Positions 1 through 12,300 of a stretch of DNA of 64,000 nucleotides are shown here, one piece after another. Numbering within the stretch: the stretch's first letter is position 1; every line of letters starts with the position of its first letter. Origin of the DNA: Bispira polyomma (Eukaryota); NCBI GenBank assembly GCA_965649765.1, contig OZ287751.1, forward strand, positions 50,096,001 to 50,160,000, read 5' to 3'. The position numbers were made by a program, and so were the translations under genes. The notes below the pieces were generated by a model, which did no database searches, was not told the origin of the DNA, and saw only the letters and a program-made list of their open reading frames with translations.

Positions 1-2198
1 TCAAATTCTACAGCCGAGAAACATACACAGTTAAAAGCCTGATTATTTTCAAATAAACGCCCGTGGCGGCCATCTTGTTTGTTAAAATAAGGCCAAAATT
101 ATTCCCAGGCAAGGTTTTGTAATAAAATACTTCTGTAAATTTCAGGAGCCTAGGTGCAAAAGTTTTTCCAGGAGAGCGGTAACGGTAAAATCTCTGCACA
201 CACTGATGCAGTAACAATGACTAATCCATAGTATCCACTGGAGTTACTCTGCCGGTGGATACAATAAATTAGTTTACCTAAAATATCCAACTTTGTTGCA
301 TTATGGTGTTGTTTACAGTGAAGTTTTTCAGGTGCTACCATTTATTTGAAATTTCAAAGTTACTGCGTGGATGCATTTCATGCTTTTCGATTAAAATATC
401 TATAACTTTAATGGCCATCTTTATGTAAAAATTCAATGCAATAGATTATATATATGGGAGTCAAACACTAGAAGTTACCAATATCAAGGGTTTCTAATAA
501 AAGGGAATCCAATCTTACTGGCAATGTATTTTTCAAATTCCTCCCCATTTTGTTTTCAGACACCACACCCTCCTTATGAACCCCAATATGTACCTGGACT
601 ACATTCTTTATAGTTAACTCCATGGATGGTGCACCTTAGAGGATGCCTGGACATCAATTTGGCGCCATAGAAATGATTCATTACACTCTGGCCTAACTGA
701 CGCTTTTCTTGCCACTTGCTATGAAAACTATTAAATGAGATGGAGGATGATTCTGGATTCGAAATAAAACCTGAAGTCTTTATATTAATGTTTGGTTTCA
801 ACATATTTGGTAAGGGATTAATATGAAATCTTATTGAAACAAAATAAAAACAAAGATAAAATATGTTCCAAGTATTTTATTATTATTATCATATATATTT
901 AATACATTTTACTTCTTTGATCTTAAAAACCCACACGTTCACACAGGCTGAATTATCTTGATGAATTAGACATGTACAACACCACAAAGATTTATGTGAC
1001 ATGCTCTTACTGCATTCTTGTCAAACACCATAAAACTTTATGTGCAACATGAAACAATGTGATCACAAACACAAATTCATTCTGGAATCCTCATTATTTA
1101 TATGTATAAGGAAATGTTCTATTATTAAGGCATTTGTCTTTTTCACACAAAAACTCGCTATACATTTGCTTAATGGATGTGCTTTTTGGTATGGAAGGCC
1201 AAGGCAGACTCTTGGTACAGTTATCTCAGGGTATCGTTTAGTAGATAACCGGCATTATCAAAAAAAAAAGAGATACTTATTTAAATCAAGTACAAAATCA
1301 CATAATGGAGAGTGTATCACTCGTCCTATGTGACAAGAGTTCTTAAGAGAGAAGATCAAAGTGTACAGTACCAAAGCAAATGCACTATGTGAATTGCACT
1401 AACGCACCCTGTGAATTGAGTAGTAGCATCTACTTAATGATATATTTCTTCAAAATCAAAAATACTTATTATTCACACCATCATGTTTGTTAAATAACAA
1501 TGACCGTATGTAACCCTTGTCAAACATGTCATTGAAGTTGCTATGGATTATATAATGAAGAAATATTTCACAAAATATATAAATCTCCCAATAAAAATTT
1601 CATGAGGGGAAACTGACACCAAAACCCTTACTAGATAAGAGACATATCAGTCTCATCGTTTAATAGTAACTTTTGTTTCAGGTTAGGTTTTTTTAATGCA
1701 GGACATAAAATGTACATATATTATCACAGTTTCTTTATAACTTACGTCTTCCACTAATACAGACTACAAAATACAATAATTATATAATATTATCTTGATT
1801 CTTATCTAACAAACATGCTAAAAAATCAAAATATATAGCCATCTATCACAAATAAATTACAACATGCATGTTACTACAATAAAAACAATAAATAGGAGTA
1901 AAAAGCAATGATTTCAAGATAACAGTGACTACATAACACAAAGAAATGATTTTTGGTTTTGGCACTTACAAAAACAAATACTTTCCTGTAACCCTATAGT
2001 TACACAATACTGCAGTCTGAACAAATGTCTAACATGTTCTAAGCACCTTTCCCTTCACTGCTGCTGCTCGGAATTTGTAATACTAAGAGAAACTTTTTCT
2101 TCAAGTATTCACATATCAAACTGTGTAGAACAGTTTGACATCATTAAATTATGTGTAAACAAAGACTGTGTAAACGTTTAGTCAAATGTGCACTAAAA

Positions 2199-2287
2199 TA
2201 TCTGTATAATGGACGGACTATATATGATACTTTCGTACTGCTATCTGTATAATGGACGGATTATATATGATACTTTCGTACTGCTAT
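2199..2287. repeat. 43-bp tandem duplication in the putative 3' UTR
   Basis: tatctgtataatggacggaytatatatgatactttcgtactgc x2. Confidence 0.85.
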
Positions 2288-3196
2288 GTAAAATCCTATA
2301 CAAAACAGCTAATTCAATGGCAGTTTATAAAAGCTCTCATTTTCTCCAACTATAAAATAAACATTTTGATCACATATATTACATAGATTATTCAATTTCT
2401 ACATATCCAATATAAATCTAATTTGAAACTATTTCTTCCCAAATTTAAGTTTTACTACTTGACAATAATTAGCTCAGGTAAGAACCTTTTTACAGATATA
2501 ATACTGACTACTCCAACAAATGACATTCTAACTACAAAGTGGTACTACTAGTTACATCAAGTACTCAAGGTGTCAAAGGCACTACTTATAGTCCAAGTCA
2601 ATTCTCGTTTTACGGCCTCTCTCTTATTTTCAGCCCTGATCACTTTGTGGTATTATAAATTATGTTCAAACTATTGTTTGTGAATAAACATGTAGTTTTC
2701 TAACTGGGTTCGTAAAAGTGTATCACAACACCAAAGGGATTAGTATTTTTTTTGGTATTTTATATAAAGAAAGGCTGCCAAGTCACATGGTTTAGTTGTT
2801 TGCTTAAAAAGCTGAAAATAGGATAAGCCATCAAATAGTCTTGTTTGAATACAATAAGAAACATGATCTTTATGTACCATCCGTGTATCTAATTAAAAAT
2901 CGGTCCATAAGATTTCCATACATTACAGCAAACTTAACAGAATACAGTTTCTCAAGGTAGATGTTAAACCTAGTCACACCGACAACCATTTGCTTTAATG
3001 TAATCCTCAATACCTCCAATCAGTATGAGCAATAACTATTGTTGAGTAGGTTTGTCCTGCCTTAAGATGTAGACATATTACACACAGACACCTTTGTCTA
3101 TACTAACAGAAGTTCAGAGCACCAGTACATAGACACATTTATGACCACAAACATTTCTGACCACACACAATGAGTATTTCCAGTGCTGTGTCTGAC

Positions 3197-3301
3197 CTAG
3201 TGGATGGCCACTTTTTCAGGAGACTTTTTCTCTAACTGTCCCTGTAATTCACGGACTTTGTCTGACCAGTATTCACTGCTCTGTTGTAGTTGTAATGATA
3301 A
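3197..3301 (-). CDS. Terminal coding exon 32 (LSLQLQQSSEYWSDKVRELQGQLEKKSPEKVAIH-stop)
   Basis: TTTTTTAG acceptor, phase 0, TAG at 3197-3199; followed by AT-rich putative 3' UTR. Confidence 0.82.
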   Translation of the reverse strand, partial: LSLQLQQSSEYWSDKVRELQGQLEKKSPEKVAIH

Positions 3302-6300
3302 CTAAAAAACACACAAGCACATGAATAGAATTTAGTGGGGGTTTTTAAGTGGCTGTCAACAGCCTTGAACTGTCGTGAATCATGACCACCAGATTTAATG
3401 TAGGGGAAAACCAGTCCTGTTGCACTGTGAACCACCGGCCTATGCCAAGTACCTGACAAATTTTCCACTAGAAGGAACAAACAGGATTCAAACCCACATT
3501 GATGAGAGGTCATTAATGATAAGATGAAAACTTCTAGACAGTTGTCCCTAGCACAGAAATAGAGTAGATGAGGATTACAATACAAACCTCTAGACGTATA
3601 CAAACTTTGTTGAGAGAATACAGAAGAACATCTATCTAAACATGTTGGTAGAGCAAGAATTTGTTTGGAGCCCAGAAGGTTTAGAAAATAGAAGAGAAGA
3701 CAGTTTAGAATATAGGAAAATGTTAATTGGTAAGAGTTAAAGAGTGTTGAAAAAATTTTATATTCGGAGGACAGAATTTTAGACAACAGAGGTTTAACTG
3801 TAGAAGTAAACTTCCATTGGTCATATCATGACAGCCAGGATTAGTGCTAGGGGAAAGCACTGACCTATAGCAAGTATGTAACAAACTTTCTCACATGAAG
3901 AAGGAATCTGTGAAATTCAATCCTCAGAGGTGAGGGGCCAGTGATCTTTTTTAAAGCAGATGCTTATACCCACTAGGCCACAGCCACCCCTTTTAGGAGG
4001 ATTGAAACGAGTTTTTAAAATCAATTATTCACACAATACAAGTTTAAACAGTAGCGATTCTGCAGTGTTCATAAAAGAGCATAAATACAAAGCAATTCCA
4101 CACAGAACAGAGCCTAAAAGGGGATCAATCAAGTCGATGCTATTTTGACATTTTTTGAGCAAGAACTAGCTACCTAATTGACATTTAATACAATGAGTTA
4201 GTCTCTACTAAGTTGTATATGTACCTCTCCCACTCTAGATATCCAGTAGTTTTTGTCCAAAGCATTGGGATCTGCTGTACCAGTCTCCTCCAGACCTTTT
4301 GTTATCTGTAAATGTGATACAAGGAATGAGTAAAGTCCACTCACTCCACTACATATTTACACATTCCTATTGGAGTTCACTCACAAAGATTTACAACTTG
4401 TCGGTAAAACATAACGTAAACTGATTTTGAAAGCACAAGTTACATATTCAGACCTATAGGTATATCTTAATTTTACACGAAATCAAACTACAAATAAATA
4501 TTAAATCGTTAAAACTGTTATGGTGCTGCAATAAAGGTCGGAATTTTTGGTAGTAATTGCCACACTTTAATAGAGAATTTTTTTTTTGAAGCAAGATATC
4601 TAAACTTATCCAGCTATAAGTTTAACAACTTAAATAACCTTGGAAAGCATGCAATGCAAAGTACATAGAGGCATGATACAGCAAGCAATTGGAACATAGG
4701 TAACAAAGTACATAGAGGCATGATACAGCAAGCAATTGGAACATAGGTAACAAAGTACATAGAGGCATGATACAGCAAGCAATTGGAACATAGGTAACAA
4801 AGTACATAGAGGCATGATACAGCAAGCAATTGGAACATAGGTAACAAAGTACATAGAGGCATGATACAGCAAGCAATTGGAACATAGGTAACAAAGTACA
4901 TAGAGGCATGATACAGCAAGCAATTGGAACATAGGTAACAAAGTACATAGAGGCATGATACAGCAAGCAATTGGAACATAGGTAACAAAGTACATAGAGG
5001 CATGATACAGCAAGCAATTGGAACATAGGTAACAAAGTACATAGAGGCATGATACAGCAAGCAATTGGAACATAGGTAACAAAGTACATAGAGGCATGAT
5101 ACAGCAAGCAATTGGAACATAGGTAACAAAAACAAGATGCTGTTACTAAGATATTGACTGATGTTATGCCAGTTGGTCTAATCCAAGCCAAGTAATAAAT
5201 AGATTGAATAAAAGTCAAGTTTAACATTCAAAATATAAATCTAGTCAATGTTTCTATTTCCTGTCAATTCCAATATCTGGTTTTAACATTTTTAGCGTCA
5301 CTTTTCATATGTATTGAACATAAAAATGCTATTGAAAACTTTGTATCCTTAAAGTAGAAATATTATTGATTGTAACGTAGGATTCTGGTAAAAATTAAGT
5401 ACCCTTTAATGTTTTATTTGCTAAAGCATACAAGACCGGCATTATATTTTTTATAGACTAGAAAGTAGAACATCCATCATATGTGGAAAGAAAAGATTTC
5501 TGCAGAAAATTGAATAAAAAAAATGTAAACTTGAACAAGACATAAAAAAGAACTATTTCTAGTAGAGCGCAAGTCTGCACATGTGATTAGTAAGACTAGG
5601 TTTGTTCGGACATTAAAGAGCCTCCTTACCAGTCCTGTATCCTTGTTAAGGTCCCTCTTTGGTGCAGACTGTAACATAGAGCCCTCATAAGGAGCAGATC
5701 CACTCAGTAACAGCCCTCCTTTACCCGAACCATCAAGCTGAGCCTTCAAACTGTGGATCAACTGCTCCTTACTCTCAGCCTGAGTGACAGAAACCAGAGA
5801 ATACAAAGGCTGCTACTCAAAGCATGCAATCATAAAAAAACTATTGTTATAAATGTACCCAGATTTGGTCATACACATGTCTCTCTCCATACAACTCTAT
5901 ATGCTATGGTCAGTGACTGGTCAGTATACATATCTGTAGTTAGTAGGCTTGTCTCTGTACACAACTTATACTATATAAGCTATGGTCAGTGACTGGTCAA
6001 TATACACACCTGTAGTTGGTAGGCCTGTACACAACTTATACTGTATATGCTATGGTCAGTATACACACCTGTAGTTGGTAGGCCTGTACACAACTTATAC
6101 TCTATATGCTATGGTCAGTGACTGGTCAGTATACACATCTGTAGTTGGTAGGCCTATACACAACTTATACTCTTTATGCTATGGTCAGTGACTGATCAGT
6201 ATACACACCTGTAGTTGGTAGGTCTGTCTCTGTACAAAACTTACACTCTTTATGCTATGGTCAGTGACTGGTCAGTATACACACCTGTAGTTGGTAGGTC

Positions 6301-9300
6301 TGTCTCTGTACAAAACTTACACTCTTTATGCTATGGTCAGTGACTGGTCAGTATACACACCTGTAGTTGGTAGGTCTGTCTCTGTACAAAACACACTCTT
6401 TATGCTATGGTCAGTGACTGGTCAGTATACACACCTGTAGTTGGTAGGTCTGTCTCTGTACAAAACTTATACTCTATATGCTATGGTCAGTGACTGGTCA
6501 GTATACACACCTGTAGTTGGTAGGCCTGTCTCTGTACAAAACTTGCACTCTTTATGCTATGGTCAGTGACTGGTCAGTATACACACCAGTAGTTGGTAGG
6601 TCTGTCTCTGTACAAAACTTACACTCTATATGCTATGGTCAGTGACTGGTCAGTATACACACCTGTAGTTGGTAAGTCTGTCTCTGTACAAAACTTGCAC
6701 TCTGTATGCTATGGTCAGTGACTGGTCAGTATACACACCTGCAGTTGGTAGGTCTGTCTCTGTACAAAACTTACACTGTATATGCTATGGTCAGTGACTG
6801 GTCAGTATACACACCTGCAGTTGGTAGGTCTGTCTCTGTACAAAACTTACACTGTATATGCTATGGTCAGTGACTGGTCAGTATACACACCTGTAGTTGG
6901 TAGGTCTGTACACAACTTACACTGTATATGCTATGGTCAGTGACTGGTCAGTATACACACCTGTAGTTGGTAGGTCTGTCTCTGTACAAAACTTACACTC
7001 TTTATGCTATGGTCAGTGACTGGTCAGTATACACACCTGTAGTTGGTAGGTCTGTCTCTGTACACAACTTACACTGTATATGCTATGGTCAGTGACTGGT
7101 CAGTATACACACCTGTAGTTGGTAGGTCTGTCTCTGTACAAAACTTGCACTCTGTATGCTATGGTCAGTGACTGGTCAGTATACACACCTGTAGTTGGTA
7201 GGTCTGTCTCTGTACAAAACTTGCACTCTGTATGCTATGGTCAGTGACTGGTCAGTATACACACCTGTAGTTGGTAGGTCTGTCTCTGTACAAAACTTAC
7301 ACTCTGTATGCTATGTTCAGTGACTGGTCAGTATACACACCTGTAGTTGGTAGGTCTGTCTAGAAGAGACCTCCCTCTCCAGGTCGGAGCGTATCTTGAG
7401 GTTCTCTTTCTGTAAAGTTGTGAGCTGACTGTTGACATGCTGTACAGAGTCTACATTCGACTTCAGGCGACTGTGCAGATCTTCAATAGTAGCCAGCTTC
7501 TCCTTGATCTCTTGGTCTTGGTCATTTCTGAACACACAACACCAGCTTAAGTTATAGCTATGTAGGTGTATCTTTTCAATACGTGAAACACATGCTCAAG
7601 TAGTAGTGTAAATTGTTTAAGGATATTGAAAATATTTATTGTTTTGGTTCTTCACCAACAATACTGATAGGTAAAATATATCAATATTGTAAACTAAAGA
7701 TATTTTACCTTCCCTATTTTATCACTTTCATACATTACCATAACAATTTAAAGCCATTTTTATTTGCAATTACACATATTAACTAATTCAGTGGTTCATA
7801 CTGCTTGTTTCTTTGCACAGTTTTTTTGTTTCAATTCCAGTTTCTTTATAAATACAGTTTTCTATGGAAGATTAAACAAAATTTGTATTTCATAGGGGGT
7901 CGTTTACTACAGGTTGAATTTAATATAAACTATTCAGGAAATGCATTATAATTAGTGTATATTTGACAGGTCCTCACAGTGCCAGCACATATAAACCTAC
8001 TCGTGCTCCTCCAGTCTGTTCCTGAGTTGGTGCAGTAATACTTGTTGGTGAGCGGAATGACTCTGTAGAGCTTTAAACTTGTCGTAGTCAATACGCTTGT
8101 CATCTAACTCTGTCTGCTGACGACGGTTGTCTTTCTTCACCAGTTCTACTTCTTCCTGAAGATGACTAGACACAAAACAGAATATAAAAGGTGATAATTG
8201 GACTTAGCTTGGGGAAAGCACTGTATAGATTGAAATTGAACTTGGATATAACTAATTTTAAGTAATTTCGATAATTATCTTAGATAATGACATTACTACT
8301 TTTGACTGAAAATTTAGTTATTTCTTTTTTTGGTATATTTTAAGTTGGAAGACACACCAACTTGACATTAAGTAAAATTGGGCTGTAATAAAATAAATTC
8401 AATGAAACTCAATTAAAAAATGTATATTACTGAAATTTTGGTCCCACTAATTAAACTTATACAGTGCATAAAATGTGTTTTATTTACTAACAACTCATTG
8501 CACTTGTTTCGCACAACTATTTAAAAATCTTTTTATTGAATATAATAAAACAAAAAAAAAATTCAATTATACAAATAGAACCATATGCTAACAGATGCAG
8601 CTGTGTATATTCAGCAAAGATGTGAATAAGATTGACTTTACAAAACAACATGCCGTCTTTGACTTGCCACTTACTCTTTCTCCTGAGATAGCTGCACTAT
8701 TGCTTTACTCTGCTCCCTGATTTTGTTGCCTAGTTTCTCGTTGGCTTGTCTAGAATAAACAAGAATTGCAAATTTAAAGGCCCAGAAATCATAAAACAGG
8801 ATTGTTATGTCTATTACAGAAGACACCTTCATCAATTAATCTACTACATAAGAAAGATTACTCTAATACAATCATTTACTAATAAGAAGATAAATCCTTG
8901 CTGTGTTCTGTGATGAACATAACAATATTATTAGGTTGTTACATTACTGATAAAAGTCTACAAACATTTTCTTTTGCAATGACTAAGCAGTTTTTAATTT
9001 TAACATGTTACCATCAATAATTCTCTCTTATTGAAATATTTTCTTGATGTTTCGTACAAAGGCTTAAGCTTAAAGAGTAAGTCAATGACATTTTATTTCC
9101 CCTTTGTTTCTAAAGAGCTACATTATCATGTACAAAACAACTCATGTTAAACAGTTTATTTAGAATACAGGAATAGTATTAACAGTTCATGCAAAGATGG
9201 TTTGTTATTTCAGGATGACGACATCTTGCAGGTTCCAAGTAATAGAAGAAATATACCCATGCTTAAGATACTATATACAGTAAATGAAGTCCAAAATGTT

Positions 9301-12300
9301 ATCAAATTCTTTCATTTCTGCAAATCATTTCTAGAAAATGGTTTGGCTACAGATATACTTTAACTACATAGATTTATTGGATCATTAATACCATCTGTTG
9401 GTGCTTGAAAAGGCTTGCCAAATACAATTGACTATGGGAATGTGTTATGGTGACAGAATATCAGCCATATTTAATGACACTGATTTGATGACCAACTACA
9501 GTTTAATTCAGTTTTATTAACAGATAATAGAGTATTAAACACACTTAATGTCGGGCCTCTAAAATAAATTATTTTATTTACAATAAGTTGTTATTATAAC
9601 AACTATTGTGGGAAAGAGATTATCATTTGTACTTGTTAAACCAGTGTCCCGAGTCTGATGTTTACAACACTTATATTAATATTCTATATTAAATACTAGA
9701 GATGCTTAGTTTCGTAGGAGAAATTCATATTTAGGTACTCAGTAAAATCAAACAAACTTAATCTCTCAATATTACTTGACTAATGATCACTATTGTACAA
9801 AACTTTTGACACTGATCAAGTTATCATAAACTCAACAGCTGAACCTAGTAAAAAGCTACCTTGGTAACCAATTTAGATTTCTTACTTTAAATTAATTAAC
9901 ATTTACAAGATGTAACTTTTGACTAAGGAATAACTTCCACAACAATCTTATCAAAATGGCCAGTTTGTTTGATAAAACAGAATAAAAAGAACAGAGGAAA
10001 CTTATCTAAACTAGAGTTTACTCCAAGTTAAACAGGTAACTCACACATAAAAATGCAGAAATGTATCCATTTTCGAACTTTCATAGAAGAAAAAATAGAA
10101 TAACTAAGGATTATTTATTCCATTAGGATAGGATTTCACAAGCTGTAACTAAATAATATTAAAACTTAAAATGTATTGATCAATCTAGTTTAAAAAGTGC
10201 ACAGTTTGCCAATTAGTGACAAGCATATAAAATTATCATAAATTACAGAAAAAATACATACATATCACTACATTTTCACATATTAATTTATTTTTACTAT
10301 AATCCTACACAATTAATGGTGCAATTAATTAGTAAGAATAATCAGACATTAAAAACCTATTTGTAATAAAACTTCTGTAATACCCAGCTAGGACTACAAA
10401 TGGCATGAACCTTACACCATAGTGTTGTTTACATTTAAACTATTGGGTTATCTATGGATTTACTCAGCTATACTGCCTTGATATTTATCTTTTATGGAGA
10501 ATACTACAATGTACCTGTGTAACTTATTACTACACAAATGTACACCTATCTTTCTCACCAGTGTCTGACTATGACCATGTTTTTTACAATACTTTTTTAT
10601 TTATAAATTAAAAATAACACCATGGTTTTTAGTATTACAGCCATAGTATTATTATTTTGTTAGGACATGCTCTCGGCCTAAATCTTCTCCTATCAACTAG
10701 AGTTGAAATGAATAGTAACATTAGTATTCCAGTAATCTTTCACCATAATGATTGCGCTTGGACCACTCTCAAAACGAATAGACTCCCTCCAGCGGGAAAA
10801 ACACCAAAAGGCCTTAACTAAATGTAACCTTAACAATTTGGTTAAATTGGCCTATATTCTGACTATTTCATGGTAAAATTAGAAAAGAATGATCCATAAA
10901 TGAGTACTCTTTTACTGATTTGTACTCTTGATTGTACATTACCCCATTCTCTAGAGAGTACCCTTTGACAGCCGTAATATCCAGCCTGGGTTTCTACCTA
11001 CAATTGCTGCCCTTGACCATGGTTTGCCGTGTAAGGGTGTGGTGTATTTCTCACACTCTATCCAGTGCCACTTACTTTTGCTCCCTGACCCAGGTGTTGA
11101 CATTCTGCACCACCAGCTCACTCTCTTTGTGTAGGCGGTCACTGTTTGACCGGGACTCCTCCAGTCCCATTTTTAGGTTAGTAGACTCCTCAGTGATCAT
11201 CTGAAACCGGCCACGCAGGTTGTCCAGCTCTACGAACATGTGGTCTCTCTGGAAACACCAAACACTCAACTATGGCAGTCACCAACAAGATCACTCAATA
11301 CAGTGTACTGTTAAAGGTTTTTTATCAGGCAGATAGTTAGACATGTCTTGAAAATAAAAATTTGAGGCAGTAAAAGGAAACTGGTACACCTTTTATGTAT
11401 GAGTTTATTACAAATATTTTTATTTTGTGCTACAAATGGTATCAGATATTACGACAAGTACATGTACCTCTTAATACCACTGTGTCAGTAAATAACACCT
11501 TTTAATACTGTCAATTTTTTTTCAAGCTTTTGCCTTGCACCTTATCTGTTGGTTTGAGAGCTTACAAAAATAACACTGATTTTTCTCACCTTATTATCTT
11601 AACCTTGTACCTTTCCTACAGGTAACAAAGTTTATCATAGTTACCCCATACATATATGACCTTGTACGTGGCACTCAGCTCTAATTTCCTCACCTCATCT
11701 GCCTTGGCCTTGTACCTTTCCTACAGGTAACAGAGTTTATCATAGTTACCCCATACATATATGACCTTGTACGTGGCACTCAGCTCTAATTTCCTCACCT
11801 CATCTGCCTTGGCCTTGTACCTTTCCTACAGGTAACAGAGTTTATCATAGTTACCCCATACATATATGACCTTGTACGTGACACTCAGCTCTAATTTCCT
11901 CACCTCATCTGCCTTGGCCTTGTACCTTTCCTACAGGTAACAGAGTTTATCATAGTTACCCCATACTTATATGACCTTGTACGTGGCACTCAGCTCTAAT
12001 TTCCTCACCTCATCTGCCTTGGCCTTGTACCTTTCCTACAGGTAACAGAGTTTATCATAGTTACCCCATACATATTTGACCTTGTACGTGGCACTCTGCT
12101 CTAATTTCCTCACCTCATCTGCCTTGGCCTTGTACCTCTCCTGTAGGTTAGAGAACTCCACTCTGAGTACTACCAGCTCCTCATCCTTCAGAGACAGTTC
12201 ATGTAGAGTCTGTTTGTTCCTGTCCCCACTGATGGCCAGGTCTCCCTGCAGCTCCTGGATACGTTGGTCACTACTGTTGATCTGTTAGTGGACAAACACA

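Noticed and set aside
1-3196. Polyadenylation site of the coiled-coil gene (for example AATAAA on the minus strand at 876-881)
   Set aside because: Such hexamers are common in AT-rich DNA; the site cannot be assigned without 3'-end reads.
4614-5227. Three overlapping 155-201 aa Cys/Leu/Tyr-rich ORFs
   Set aside because: They are translations of the stop-free 47-bp minisatellite, with the same peptide cycling through all frames.
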